The notes: a model not told the origin generated them from the letters alone. 64,000 nt of DNA from an uncultured Armatimonadetes bacterium (GCA_963717145.1 OY970325.1:800001-864000); one strand, 5' to 3'; counted from the stretch's first letter, positions 1 through 11,101 are shown. Program-made: numbers and translations.

Positions 1-1
1 C

Positions 2-934
2 TTCTTCGGGTTCGACCCGACAAGCGGCGTGCCGATTCATATGGGGGTCACTCCGGGCTGGACGCATGAGGTCTTGGAGACGACGGATCGGTATCAGATC
101 GTCCGAGGCGGCGATGGCGTCAAGTGCATGGTCTACACCGACGGCTCGTCGAGCATTCCTCACTACATCGAGTTCCCGCTCAAGAACCGTGAGGACTGGG
201 AGCAGGATTTCAAGCGGCGCCTCGACCCGGACGATCCCTCACGGTACACTGTAGACTGGGATGCAGTGCGGAAGAACCTCGAGGGCCGCGACATCCCGGC
301 GGGCATCGGATTCGGCTCGCTCTTCGGCTGGATCCGGAACTGGATGGGCTTCGAAGGCGTATCCTATGCGTGCTATGACGATCCGGCGCTCATTGAGGAG
401 ATCATGGAGCGGATCACGGTGATGCTCGAGAAGCTCCTCAACTACTCGCTGGAGCAGTATTCCGACCTCGATTTCGCCTCTGGTTGGGAAGATATGTGCT
501 TCGACCACGGGCCGATCATCTCGCCGAAGATGTTCAAGGAGTGGATGGTACCGCGCTACAAGCGGCTCACGGACATACTCCACAAGTACGGCATCGATGT
601 CGTCATCACAGACTGCGATGGCAACATCAATGAACTCGTCGGCCTCTGGATCGAAGGCGGCGTGAACTGCATGTTCCCGCTCAAGATCAACTCCGGCACG
701 CTCCCTGAAGTCTTGCGCGCGAAGTACGGGCAGCAGGTGCTGCTCGCGGGCGGAGTCGATAAGATCCAGTTGGCGAGGGGCAAGAAGGAGATCGAGAAGG
801 AGATCGAGCGGCTCAGGCCGACAGTCGAGACCGGCGGCTTCATCCCGCACGTCGATCACCGCGTCCCGCCCGATGTCTCGTACGAGAACTATCTCTACTA
901 CCTGAAGCTGAAAAGACAGGCGTTCTGCAGATAA
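2..934 (+). CDS. Uroporphyrinogen decarboxylase / MtaA-CmuA family protein (5' partial)
   Basis: Motifs WEDMC, ISPKMFKEW, DCDGN, GGVDK, GGFIPHVDH; ORF open to the window edge. Confidence 0.85.
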   Translation, partial: FFGFDPTSGVPIHMGVTPGWTHEVLETTDRYQIVRGGDGVKCMVYTDGSSSIPHYIEFPLKNREDWEQDFKRRLDPDDPSRYTVDWDAVRKNLEGRDIPAGIGFGSLFGWIRNWMGFEGVSYACYDDPALIEEIMERITVMLEKLLNYSLEQYSDLDFASGWEDMCFDHGPIISPKMFKEWMVPRYKRLTDILHKYGIDVVITDCDGNINELVGLWIEGGVNCMFPLKINSGTLPEVLRAKYGQQVLLAGGVDKIQLARGKKEIEKEIERLRPTVETGGFIPHVDHRVPPDVSYENYLYYLKLKRQAFCR

Positions 935-1080
935 TGGTAGATGGCTGAGGGTTGATGGTTAATGGGGAGTGGTTGATGGCCAATGAGGGCAGAGTCCTTG
1001 TCCGCTATCAACCATCAACCATCCGCCATTCCCCCGTCCGCCATCAACCATCAGCCATCAACCATCAGCCATCAACCATG
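935..1080. repeat. Inverted heptamer array (GATGGTT-like left arm, AACCATC/AGCCATC right arm)
   Basis: Tandem degenerate 7-mers with complementary arms; same family at 22857-22945 and 33400-34570. Confidence 0.85.
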
Positions 1081-1722
1081 AACCATCCTTTCCGACAGGG
1101 ACGATATCTGCTGGTGGCGGCCGTGCTGATCGTCGCGGCCGTCGCCGGATTGCTCGTGGGGAACTGGGTCTCCGCCCGCATGGACGCGCGCGCCGGGGAG
1201 CGGGAGAAACTCGCCGAGATCGACGAGTACCAGGGACTCGCGGAGCGATCGGGCATCACCGGCGACCTGACCCTCGACGTCCGGCCGGTGTCGCAGATAG
1301 TGAGTCCCGGAGAGCCGATCAAGCTTGCCGTGCGGCTGACGAACAGGGGCAAGCGCACGTTCGTGCTGAACTCATGGATCGAGCCGTATCCCGCGATGCT
1401 GGGGAGCAACCAATTGCCTCTCAAGGTCGATATTCGACTCGGGCGGCAGACGGTCAGCTTCCACGGCGACTCCGTCATCCTGGCCATGCATGAGAAGAAA
1501 GACTTCTTCGTACTGCGGCCCGGGGAGACCAAGTCCACTGTGATCGACCTTATGAAGCCCGCGTCCGGTCGGGGACGCTGGGATATGTCCGCTCCCGGGA
1601 CATACGAAGTCGCGCTCTGGTATGAGACCTACCTCTCCGGGAAATGGATCGGCGTGAGGGCGTGGACCGGCATGACGAATCCATTCGTCGTGCAGGTGAC
1701 TGTAGCGCCCGCCAAAGGATGA
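1078..1722 (+). CDS. Membrane-anchored hypothetical protein with Ig-like beta-sandwich
   Basis: N-terminal TM segment; pattern GEPIKLAVRLTN...LRPGET...PGTYEV; ORF-track extension to 952 is translated repeat. Confidence 0.7.
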   Translation: MNHPFRQGRYLLVAAVLIVAAVAGLLVGNWVSARMDARAGEREKLAEIDEYQGLAERSGITGDLTLDVRPVSQIVSPGEPIKLAVRLTNRGKRTFVLNSWIEPYPAMLGSNQLPLKVDIRLGRQTVSFHGDSVILAMHEKKDFFVLRPGETKSTVIDLMKPASGRGRWDMSAPGTYEVALWYETYLSGKWIGVRAWTGMTNPFVVQVTVAPAKG

Positions 1723-2654
1723 ACGCCTTGAATGAAATACAGATGGTCTGGCGTCTGAACATCCCTGAGTCGCTCGGGCTCGTCGAAGCGGGCCTCGACG
1801 ATCTTGGCGTCGACGGTGAGGGGAATATCCACATCAGCGACGGGGTCAACGGGGCGGTCTACCGATTCCGGTCGAGCGGCGAGACGGACAGAACGTTCGA
1901 CGTGATCCGGCCGGGACCGCTGAACGGCCGGGAGTCGGGGCTGAGCCTTGCGGTCGTGGCCGATTCGTCGTTCTACGTTGCCGATCCCGGTGGCGAGCGC
2001 GTAGTCCGATACGACTCGCTCGGACAGACGCTCGGCGAGTTCACTGCGCTCGGACTGCTCAGTCTCTGCTGGTCGCGAAGCGATCACGTCTATGCCCTTG
2101 CATCGGATGATGACGGCGAGCGGGTCGATTGCTACGACTCCATCGGCAGCCGGATCGAGGGCCTATGCGCGCCGAGACGCCGGCGCGCCCGTCTGGACCC
2201 CGAACTGGTCAGCATCGACGTAGACGCCGATGGTCGCGCGTACTTCACCTATGGCATGCCGCCATATCGCATATGGCGCGTCTCGGAGTGCGGTGGCTCG
2301 ACACCGCTCTTGCCGGGCGCTGAAGGCGGTGTCGGGCCACCGCACTCCGAGGACGATTGCTCCTCCGAACTCGAGACCTGGTGTCGCGACCTCGATCACC
2401 CCGAGGATGCCCTGCTGATCTCGGACCTGGCTCTCGACGCGGCCGGATCTCTGCTATGGGTACTGCTTGCCTCTCGTGAGGCGGGCAGGCAGATGCTCGA
2501 TCTGTTCGCGATTGATGGCAGGTTCCTCGGCTCGTCAGCTCTTCCACACAGCGAGAACCTCTACAGCAGCATCTGTGCGGCAGATGACGGCGCACTCTAT
2601 CTGCTCGATGACGCGGGCGGCAACCTGGTCCGCATGCACGCCCCGCTCCCATAA
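1719..2654 (+). CDS. NHL/six-bladed beta-propeller-like protein containing an in-frame palindromic insertion
   Basis: Repeats GVDGEGNIHISD, LAVVADSSFYVAD, IDVDADGRAYF; ATGA overlap with upstream stop. Confidence 0.65.
   Translation: MNALNEIQMVWRLNIPESLGLVEAGLDDLGVDGEGNIHISDGVNGAVYRFRSSGETDRTFDVIRPGPLNGRESGLSLAVVADSSFYVADPGGERVVRYDSLGQTLGEFTALGLLSLCWSRSDHVYALASDDDGERVDCYDSIGSRIEGLCAPRRRRARLDPELVSIDVDADGRAYFTYGMPPYRIWRVSECGGSTPLLPGAEGGVGPPHSEDDCSSELETWCRDLDHPEDALLISDLALDAAGSLLWVLLASREAGRQMLDLFAIDGRFLGSSALPHSENLYSSICAADDGALYLLDDAGGNLVRMHAPLP
2282..2351. repeat. GGAGTGCG...CGCACTCC palindromic element, in-frame within CDS
   Basis: 26-bp stem 2282-2307/2326-2351 with one mismatch; arms related to copies at 49039 and 49925. 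Confidence 0.85.
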
Positions 2655-2734
2655 CTCACCCATACTCCCACACTCCCACACTCCGCAAAGCGGGTATACT
2701 CTCTGCAGAACGCTCAGAGGAGGCAAATCCGTAC

Positions 2735-3506
2735 ATGGCAAACAGACGACCAGTACTCATAACAGGCGCGGCCGGGTACGTCGGCACGTTCCTGCGCAAG
2801 GCCTGGGATGGCCAGTATGACATGGTTCTCGTCGATCACAAGGAGATAGCCGATCCCGGCGGCGCACGAGTGATCAGCGGCGATATCTCGGACGTTGAGA
2901 TGATGCGCGAGGCATGCAAAGGCGTGGATTCGGTGATCCATCTCGCGGCTGATCCGAGTCCGAACGCGCTCTTCGACGCCACGATCCTGCCGGTCAACAT
3001 AGTCGGCACTCACAACACCTTCCGCGCCGCATCAGAAGCCGGCGTGCGAAGGGTGATCTTCGCCTCGAGCATCCACGCGGTCGGCGCGTATCCGCCGGAT
3101 GTGCAGGTGAAGGAGGACATGCCAGTCCGACCATGCTGCGAGTACGGAACGAGCAAGTGCTACGGCGAGGCATTGGGAAGCTACTTCGCCGAACAGGAAG
3201 GGGATTTCGGTGATCGCGATTCGGATCGGCGGCGTCCACGGCCATCAGGGGAACGAGTTGCACCATCAGCCGAACGCGATCGACTATCTGGTCAGTGAGG
3301 ACGATCTGACGCAGTTGATCACCCGGTGCATAGAAGCTCCGGACGACGTGCGCTTCGAGATCGTCCACGGCATATCCGACAACCGGTTTAAGCGCCTGGA
3401 CATCAGCCGAGCGCGCCGGATCCTCGGCTACGAGCCGAAGGACGATGCGGCGGAAGGCATCGGCCAGGAGGTGCCCGAACCGCGCCCAATTCATAGGGCG
3501 GCATGA
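2735..3506 (+). CDS. NAD-dependent epimerase/dehydratase (uronate dehydrogenase-like), one frameshift near 3200
   Basis: GAAGYVG Rossmann motif, FASSIHA, YGTSK; continues in ORF 3210-3506 (IAIRIG...ARRILGYEP). Confidence 0.8.
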
Positions 3507-3635
3507 AGGATTGCATCCGTGTGGCCGTCCACCCAGCCCCATCTCCCAGTATTTCGATGGAGGATGGATGACCTCGCTGGGTGAATCTTCTATATGAAGA
3601 TTGGCGGTGATTCAGACCGCAGGAGGTTAGTAACA

Positions 3636-5778
3636 ATGGGTTCCCTACGCAGTTATTGGTTGGTCGTGGCCCTGGTTTGCCTTGCTCTGAGCGTGGCGAG
3701 CGGAGCGCAGACCATCCCGAACTTCACGTTCATCCACGCATCCGACGTTCATGCGCCGATGACCATCAGTCAGCAGGTGTGTGCCGAGCTGGCCAAGGTG
3801 ACCGGCCCGATCGAGGTCAAGCCCGGCATTACCGCCGAAGCCCCGTCGTTCGTGGTAGTCAGCGGCGATCTGACTGAGTTCGGCGGCGGAAACGGCGTGT
3901 GGGATACGTATCTTTCCTACTGGAAGGATTTCACGATCCCCGTCTACCACACCCTGGGCAATCATGACGGCCCCTGGTGGTGCCTTCGGAGCAAGACATA
4001 CGACCTCTATGGCGCTCAGAGCTGGTCCTTCGACAAGTTCGGCTGCCACTTTGTCGGCCTGGACAATGCTTCATCTCAGGATCCGCGCGCGACGATCAGC
4101 AGAGATCAGCTCACGTGGCTGAAGGAAGACCTGAAGAAGCTCGACAAGGACACGCCCCTGTTTGTGGTCATGCACCACATGCTCCACGATGACTACTTCG
4201 GGAGTCCCTATGCCGTTCACCAGCTCCTCGATATACTGAGGCCCTACAATCTGGTGACGTTCCTCGGCGGGCATGGCCACAATCATAAGCTTCTGCACAA
4301 GTTCGGGACCGATACCACGGATGCGGGCGCGATCTGTGGGCCCGCCCCGAGGTGTCCCATAGGATGGAGTATCGTGTCAGTAGTCGACGGCACGCTTCGC
4401 ATCTCGTTCGACGAGTACCAGAAGGACGGCGTGCAGCAGACCTACTACGAGAAGCCGCTTCCAACGAAGTCGAGCTATCCGAAGATCGAGATTCTCACCC
4501 CGAAAGAGGACAGCACGACCAAAACCGGCTCCATGTTTGTCAAGGCCACGATCAGCGGCAATGAGAACCAGATCACCAAGGTGAGCTTCAGCGCAGACAG
4601 GAAGTCGTTCGAGGAGGATGACAGGGGCGAGGAGCCGATGGTACTTTCGACCGAAGGCGACTACGTCGGCCAGGTTCACTATGAGGACTGGGCGCCGGGC
4701 GCGCATAATCTACGGGTCAGGTTCATCGACGACACCGGCAAGAAGTACTACAGGAGCGTCGGCTTCAACGTCGAGCCCGAGCCGAGCAGATTGATCTGGC
4801 GCGTGGTCATCGACGGATCGTGCAGGGCCGCCGCCGCAGTCACCAGGGATGCAGTCTACGTCGGCGGCACCGATCGGAAGCTTCACGCGTTCGATAAGGC
4901 AACCGGCAAGGAGAAGTGGGCTTTCCCCACTAAGGGTGAGGTCGCCACGACCCCGGTGATTGCGGATCAGACGATCTACTTCGGCTGCGCCGATGGTAAG
5001 CTCTACGCGTTGGACTCCAAGGGCAGGGAGAAGTGGAGCTTCCAGGCCAGGGAGGGCATCTACAGCTCGCCAGTGTACGCCAACGGCGTTGTCATGTTCG
5101 GCTGCAATGATTCGGACTTCTATGGGATCGACGCAAAGACCGGAGAGCAGAAGTGGGTCCTCACCGATCCGACGTATACCATCGAATCCCGTCCGTTTGT
5201 GTACAACGGAGTCGTTTACTTCGGCGCGTGGGACACCTTCGTGTACGCCGTTGACATCGCTACCGGCCAACTCAAGTGGAAGGCTCTGGGCTACGGGTGC
5301 AGCACCAAGACCGCCGTCGTGCGTTACTATAGCCCGGCTGATAACGGCCCGGTGGTTGCGGGAGGCAAGGTCTTCATCGCTGATCGTGACTCGAAGCTGG
5401 GCATCATGGATGCTGCCATAGGCACGATGCTGGGTAACGCCTCGGGCCCTGTAGCGGTTGGGCTCGCGGAGGACGCGAAGTCCGTGTATCTGCGGAAACC
5501 GAACTCGGTCGGCAAGATCGACCTGGAAGGCAAAGAGATCTGGAGCGTTGAGGCGCAGGCCGATTCCGTTCCCGCCTCACCAGTCGAGAAGGACGGTATT
5601 GTCTACGTCGTTTCACGGCTCGGCCTGGTTCAAGCGCTCGAACGCACGTGACGGCAAGCTGCTCTGGAAATACCAGGCCACACCGCTTCTCTACGTCTTC
5701 GACCAAGTCACCGTTGCGGACGGCGTCGTCTACGTCAGCGGTATGGACGGCAGCATCACAGCGCTGAAAGCCAAGTAA
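3636..5778 (+). CDS. Secreted metallophosphoesterase fused to PQQ-like beta-propeller, frameshift near 5640
   Basis: Signal peptide; SDVH, GDLTE, GNHD, GHGH; PQQ repeats (TGKEKWAF); last blade DGKLLWKY in another frame; RBS AGGAGG. Confidence 0.85.
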
Positions 5779-5783
5779 TTGAT

Positions 5784-5817
5784 GGGTCTCATGGGTCCAA
5801 TGGGACCCATGAGACCC
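5784..5817. repeat. Nonamer-based inverted repeat
   Basis: GGGTCTCATGGGTCC / GGACCCATGAGACCC, perfect 15-bp arms. Confidence 0.75.
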
Positions 5818-5835
5818 TTAGTATGCATAAGGCGA

Positions 5836-6777
5836 ATGAACAGCCAAACCTGCGCACTTGGAATCGAAATCGGCGGGAGCACCCTCAGGATGGGGCTGGT
5901 GGACCGCGACGGGAAGGTCAGGCACTCGATGCGCAAGTCATCGAGTCATCTGCGTGACCAGTCGCACGCCATCGAACTCCTGCTCGCTGATATGGAGGGA
6001 TTCCTCATCGAGGCCGACGCCGAGTTGCCGGAGTGTGCCGGCATCGGTATCGCCGCCGCAGGTCTGGTGGACAACGAGAATCGCAGGATGGTCCTGGCGT
6101 CGAACCTGGGCTGGCGGGACCTCGACATCGGCGGCCCGGTCGAGGAACTCACTCAGACCCGCACGATCGTTGACAAGGATACGAACATGGCGGCGCTCGG
6201 TGAGCTTGCGGCGGGCTCGGGAAACGGTCTCGATTCGTTCATCTACGCGGCTATCGGAACCGGCGTTGGCGGTTCTGTGATCCACGACGGGCGGCTTCTG
6301 AGGGGCATAGGAAATAGAGCAGGGGAATTCGGTCATGTTTTCTGCGGCGGCGACGACCTGTGCGGATGTGGTGCGCGGGGATGCCTCGAAACGCTATCGG
6401 GCGGCGCATGGATTGCCCGCCATGCACGTGAGGCCATCGCGAACGGCTCACGCTCGACGATGGCAGGCCAGGAGATCACCGCCCGAACAGTCGTGGAGGC
6501 GGCCGAGCAGGGCGACGAGCTTGCGGTGGGGATACTCTCGGCAGCAGCCGACGCGGTGGGGCTCGGCTTACTGAACAGCATTCGGATGCTGTACCCGCAG
6601 GCGGTCATTCTCGGCGGAACGATCGGGTCGGTACGCAGACTCGTCTTCGATCGGGTCAAGGAGTTCGTCGAGTCGAACAGCATACTCCCGAGCACGAACC
6701 TCCCCAGCGTCCAGGTTCGTCATGCAGGACTCGGCGACTCAGCCGCCGTCATCGGGGCGGCTCTGTCGGTTTTCTGA
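5836..6777 (+). CDS. ROK family sugar kinase
   Basis: GIEIGGS, DTNMAALGE, GTGVGG, AGEFGH, CGCGARGCLE. Confidence 0.9.
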   Translation: MNSQTCALGIEIGGSTLRMGLVDRDGKVRHSMRKSSSHLRDQSHAIELLLADMEGFLIEADAELPECAGIGIAAAGLVDNENRRMVLASNLGWRDLDIGGPVEELTQTRTIVDKDTNMAALGELAAGSGNGLDSFIYAAIGTGVGGSVIHDGRLLRGIGNRAGEFGHVFCGGDDLCGCGARGCLETLSGGAWIARHAREAIANGSRSTMAGQEITARTVVEAAEQGDELAVGILSAAADAVGLGLLNSIRMLYPQAVILGGTIGSVRRLVFDRVKEFVESNSILPSTNLPSVQVRHAGLGDSAAVIGAALSVF

Positions 6778-7222
6778 ACGACTCCTTCTCAATCGCCCTC
6801 ATCTGCTCGACCTTGACCAGAGAACCGCCGCCCTGGAACTCGGAATCGAGCCAGGCATCAACGATCTTCTTCGCCAGTTCGTGGCCGATCACTCTCTCGC
6901 CCATGGTCAGGATCTGGGCGTTATTGCTCTTCACCAGTCGCTCGGCCGAGAAGACGTCATGGCAGACTCCGGCATAGACGCCTTCGACCTTGTTGGCGAC
7001 CATCGCCATCCCCAGACCCGTCCCGCAGATCAGAATCCCCCTGTCGTACTCGCCGCACTGTATCCTGAGGGCGAGGTTATAGCCGATCTCGGGGTAATGC
7101 GCGCCGTCCTTGCTCGAGAGGAAATCGAGGTCGGTGACGTCGCAGCCCTTCGTCCTCAAGTGGTCCAGGATGGTGAGCTTGAGGTTCACGGCCGCGTCGT
7201 CGCAGTCGATCGCAATTTTCAT
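6749..7222 (-). CDS. rpiB: RpiB/LacA/LacB family sugar-phosphate isomerase
   Basis: GILICGTGLGMAMVANKVEG, SNNAQILTMGERVIG. Confidence 0.9.
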   Translation of the reverse strand: MKIAIDCDDAAVNLKLTILDHLRTKGCDVTDLDFLSSKDGAHYPEIGYNLALRIQCGEYDRGILICGTGLGMAMVANKVEGVYAGVCHDVFSAERLVKSNNAQILTMGERVIGHELAKKIVDAWLDSEFQGGGSLVKVEQMRAIEKESFRKPTEPPR

Positions 7223-8589
7223 CTTGTGCTCCAGAATCCGTCCGGGGCGAACAGAGAATCTACTGCCTCGTCCCAGACTCCCATTTCAAATGCCAGATCG
7301 AGAACCGTGTGGCGCTGTCGAAGCAGCCTCGCCGACTCGAACGAGCGCCGCAACCGGGGATAGTCAATCCCGATCTCCGTGGGCCTCGATGCGGCCCCTG
7401 CGCGCCCGATCATGTCCTGAATCGTCTCCGCGCCGATGAGTTGCTTCCGCAGATCGCCGCGGAGGTCGTCCCAGATCAAGTACAGACGCTCGAGCATGGC
7501 GGTAAGAGCCGTGGCGTCGATGTACTTCGCCTTGCACTGCGCGGTGGCCTGCTGGGCGAGAAGCGGGTCAGAGAAGGTCTCCGCGACATGCAACTCGACT
7601 GATTCCCAACTCGGCCATCGCTGGGCAACTGAGTCCGCGTTCCTGCGAATGTCCTCCGACCTCAACCCAAGTATGTACTCGTATAGCGCCTCGGAGCATA
7701 TCGCGCCGATACCCACCTTCACTCCGTGTGAGGGGGCGATGCCGTTGTGGACATGGTGCTCGTTGTCCCACAGATGGCTGAACAGGTGGTCCGCGCCCGA
7801 AGCCGGTCTCGACGATTGGGCGACCTGCATCGCAAGGCCACTCATGATCAGCCCCTCCATCAGCATCACCAATGCATCGCGATCCCCGCGCTTGACTCCC
7901 TCGGGATCGGCTATCCACCCGCGAAGGTTCGGCTGCACCAGAGACCACGCCTGCTGATGAATCGGATCGATTCCGAGCGCATCGGCAACAATCCAGTCGG
8001 CCCCTGCGGGAATCTTGGCAATGAGATCGGCATACCCGGATGCGTTCATCCCCTGAGGGGCGTTCTCAATGATGCTGACATCCGCGATGAGCGCGACGGG
8101 AGCAGGACAGAAGATCGTCTGCTTGTAGTTGTCCTTCGTGATCGAAGCGCCGAAAGCGGTGTATCCGTCCATGGAAGCGGCCGTCGCGACGACCATGTAC
8201 GGCTTTCCGCACTGATGGGCTGCCAGCTTCACGAGATCGTTGATCGTTCCCGAGCCGACGGCTATCGGAATCGCGTCGGTGTCACGTAGGAATTCCGTGA
8301 GCGTCTCGACGAACCGATACTCCGCGTGCAGGTCATCGTCCTCGATCACGAACGGCTTGCGCACCTCGGATCGGCCCTCGGTCGCGAGTGCGGCTAGGAC
8401 AGCCTCGCCCGCCGCGCGGAATGTGTTCTTGTCCGCGATGACTACGGCCGCCTGGTCGCCGAAGCACTCCTCAAAGCACGATGCAGTCCGGGCGATGGCC
8501 CGTTCCCCGACAACGACCTTCCGGGTTGTGTCCGCGCGCGTTACGGCATCGTTGATTCTCATTTCTGTCTGTTCGACCTGCGAACCCAT
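7219..8589 (-). CDS. sn-glycerol-1-phosphate dehydrogenase (AraM/EgsA family)
   Basis: GSGTINDLVK, ATAASMDGY, RPASGADHLFSH, HGVKVG; start chosen from TATACT 6 nt upstream. Confidence 0.85.
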   Translation of the reverse strand: MGSQVEQTEMRINDAVTRADTTRKVVVGERAIARTASCFEECFGDQAAVVIADKNTFRAAGEAVLAALATEGRSEVRKPFVIEDDDLHAEYRFVETLTEFLRDTDAIPIAVGSGTINDLVKLAAHQCGKPYMVVATAASMDGYTAFGASITKDNYKQTIFCPAPVALIADVSIIENAPQGMNASGYADLIAKIPAGADWIVADALGIDPIHQQAWSLVQPNLRGWIADPEGVKRGDRDALVMLMEGLIMSGLAMQVAQSSRPASGADHLFSHLWDNEHHVHNGIAPSHGVKVGIGAICSEALYEYILGLRSEDIRRNADSVAQRWPSWESVELHVAETFSDPLLAQQATAQCKAKYIDATALTAMLERLYLIWDDLRGDLRKQLIGAETIQDMIGRAGAASRPTEIGIDYPRLRRSFESARLLRQRHTVLDLAFEMGVWDEAVDSLFAPDGFWSTR

Positions 8590-8646
8590 GGCGTAAGTAT
8601 AGCATACACACAAGGTCAAGCGCCTCAGCCCGTCGAAACCTACAAC

Positions 8647-9933
8647 ATGACCACGATGAACTCGCAGCCCGAACGACGCGCCTGCGCGAACGGCGTCGGG
8701 CTGAGCGCGTACTACTTCTTCTCCCTGGCAGCACTCGGGTTCGTCGTCGGGTTCATGCCCCTCTATCTGAAGGCGCGCGGCATCACCCTCAGCCAGTACG
8801 GCATCCTGAGCGCCCTGTATGCCATCGCGGGCGCGACGACCCAGGTGCCGCTCGGCATGGCGTCGGACCGGCTCCGTCACCGGAGGCCGCTCATCGTCGG
8901 GGGCACAGCGGTTCTCAGCGGGTCATATCTGCTCTATGGGATGGCCACGACCTTCGCGCAGTTCTGCGCCCTGTATGCGCTCTCCGGCTTTGTGTTCTTC
9001 ATGGTCGCCACGTTGAGCAGCGCGCTGATCCACGACTGGACCGCTGAATCCGGCGACACGGCTGCAATGTATGGAAAGACTCGCATCTGGGGCTCGATCG
9101 GCTTCATAGCGGCATTGATGCTCGTCAGCGTGGCGCCGAGTCTGGTCTCGGGGAGGAACCTCCTGCCGATGATCGCCGTGCTCTTCCTCCTCAGCGGCGT
9201 CACGATCCTGTTCGTTTCGGAGTCGGGCAAGGCGAGACATGTCGAACATGCGCGGCTGGCAGGCATACGCAGGCTGCTCCGTGATCGCAACTTGATGATC
9301 TTCCTGATCGCCTTCCTCTTGTACCGCACCTCTGAGTCGAGCACGGGGAGCTACCTCAGCCTGTACCTGCAATCCCTCGGCGGCTCGAAGTCGTTGATCG
9401 CCCTGGCGCTGGTCGCGAACGCGGTTGTGGAGATCCCGTTCATGATATGGGTGGGTCGCGCCTCTGACAGCATCGGGCGTCGCCCGCCGCTCGTGATCGC
9501 CTTCCTCACGCTGCCGTTCAGGCTCTTCCTGTACTCGAGGCTCGGGAGTCCGTACGACGTCTTCTACGTCCAGATGTTCCACGGGCTGACCTTCAGCTTC
9601 ATGCTCGTCTCGTCGATGGCGTTCGTCGCCGATCACGCCGGACGTGACAGGGCAACCGGCCAGGGGCTTCTCGGCATGATCGGGGCAACCGCGATGGCCC
9701 TCGGACCATTCATCGGGGGATTCGTGGCGGACCATTCGTCGCTGACGGTCATGTACGGCCTGTTCTCCGTCGTCGCTTTGGTCGGAGGACTGATCTTCGT
9801 CACGTTCGTCGGCGAATCGCACCCGGAACTGGCGCGGGACGAATCGCGCATTCACTCGATCGGGGGAGCGCTCATCACTCGCCCGATCCACAGAGTCCTC
9901 CGCGCCCCGATCATCAGCCGTCCAACCGAGTGA
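8647..9933 (+). CDS. MFS transporter
   Basis: About 12 hydrophobic segments; GMASDRLRHRR, YGKTRIWGSIGF, GRASDSIGRR. Confidence 0.9.
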   Translation: MTTMNSQPERRACANGVGLSAYYFFSLAALGFVVGFMPLYLKARGITLSQYGILSALYAIAGATTQVPLGMASDRLRHRRPLIVGGTAVLSGSYLLYGMATTFAQFCALYALSGFVFFMVATLSSALIHDWTAESGDTAAMYGKTRIWGSIGFIAALMLVSVAPSLVSGRNLLPMIAVLFLLSGVTILFVSESGKARHVEHARLAGIRRLLRDRNLMIFLIAFLLYRTSESSTGSYLSLYLQSLGGSKSLIALALVANAVVEIPFMIWVGRASDSIGRRPPLVIAFLTLPFRLFLYSRLGSPYDVFYVQMFHGLTFSFMLVSSMAFVADHAGRDRATGQGLLGMIGATAMALGPFIGGFVADHSSLTVMYGLFSVVALVGGLIFVTFVGESHPELARDESRIHSIGGALITRPIHRVLRAPIISRPTE

Positions 9934-10043
9934 TGCTTCGAGGAGTAGGGAACGGCACGGCGGCACGTTCCATACTCTGGCGGCCACCGCACTCCAAGGA
10001 CACGTTTTATCGTCGCCCACTCGTGGTAAGAACCAACGTGTCC

Positions 10044-10098
10044 TGTAGGGGCGAAGCGTTGGCTATCGGAGGCACGGTAGCCAATGCTTCGCCCTACA
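10044..10098. repeat. GTAG-type REP doublet
   Basis: GTAGGGGCGAAGCGTTGGCTA...TAGCCAATGCTTCGCCCTAC. Confidence 0.75.
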
Positions 10099-10129
10099 TG
10101 TTGAATACACCTTGGAAGGGGAATCATCC

Positions 10130-11098
10130 ATGCAATACACTCATCTCGGCCGATCGGGCGTCAAGGTCAGCCGGCTATGCCTCGGTACGATGAACTTTGG
10201 CCCGCACACCAGCGAGGCGGACAGCCACGCCATGATGGACCGCGCGCTGGAAAGCGGGATCAACTTCTTCGACACCGCGAACGGCTACGGCCGCCCGATC
10301 AGGGCGGGCTTCACCGAGGAGATCATCGGCCGATGGTTCGCGCAGGGTGGGGGACACCGCGAGAAGGTCGTCCTCGCCACCAAGGTCTACGGCAACATGG
10401 GCGAATGGCCTAACGAGGGAAAGCTCTCGGCCCTGAATATCCGCCAGGCATGCGACGCCAGCCTGCGACGCCTTCAGACCGACCACATCGACCTGTATCA
10501 GATGCACCACATCGACCGCGAGACAGGTTGGGAGGAGATATGGCAGGCGATGGAGACCCTCGTGACGGCTGGGAAGGTGATCTACGTGGGGAGCAGCAAC
10601 TTCGCCGCGTGGAACATCGTTCAGGCCAATGAGATCGCGAAACAGCGTCACTTCATGGGCCTGGTGTCCGAGCAGAGCCTATACCATCTGAACGCCCGCA
10701 TGATCGAGTTGGAGGTTATCCCGGCGTGCAAGGCCTATGGACTGGGTATCATCCCGTGGAGTCCCCTATGCGGAGGGCTTCTCGGTGGAGTCCTGCAGGA
10801 TTGCGAGGAAGGCGGCCGTCGATCGACGATGCATGATGTGATCGAGAAGAATCGGGACAAGCTGGAGCGATGGGAGGCCTTATGCGCCGAGATGGGAGAG
10901 AAGCCTGCGGATGTGGCCCTCGCGTGGCTGCTGGCGAATCCCGCGGTGACCGCACCCATCATCGGCCCGCGGACGATGGAGCAGTTCGACGAGTCGCTCC
11001 GAGCGCTGGAGATCAAGATGACCGCCGAGATCATGGAGCGGTTGAATGTGATATGGCCCGGTCCCGGAGGCCAGGCCCCTGAGGCATATGCGTGGTAG
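10130..11098 (+). CDS. Aldo/keto reductase
   Basis: LGRSGVKVSRLCLGTMNFG, FFDTANGY, SLRRLQTDHIDLYQMH. Confidence 0.95.
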   Translation: MQYTHLGRSGVKVSRLCLGTMNFGPHTSEADSHAMMDRALESGINFFDTANGYGRPIRAGFTEEIIGRWFAQGGGHREKVVLATKVYGNMGEWPNEGKLSALNIRQACDASLRRLQTDHIDLYQMHHIDRETGWEEIWQAMETLVTAGKVIYVGSSNFAAWNIVQANEIAKQRHFMGLVSEQSLYHLNARMIELEVIPACKAYGLGIIPWSPLCGGLLGGVLQDCEEGGRRSTMHDVIEKNRDKLERWEALCAEMGEKPADVALAWLLANPAVTAPIIGPRTMEQFDESLRALEIKMTAEIMERLNVIWPGPGGQAPEAYAW

Positions 11099-11101
11099 AG
11101 C

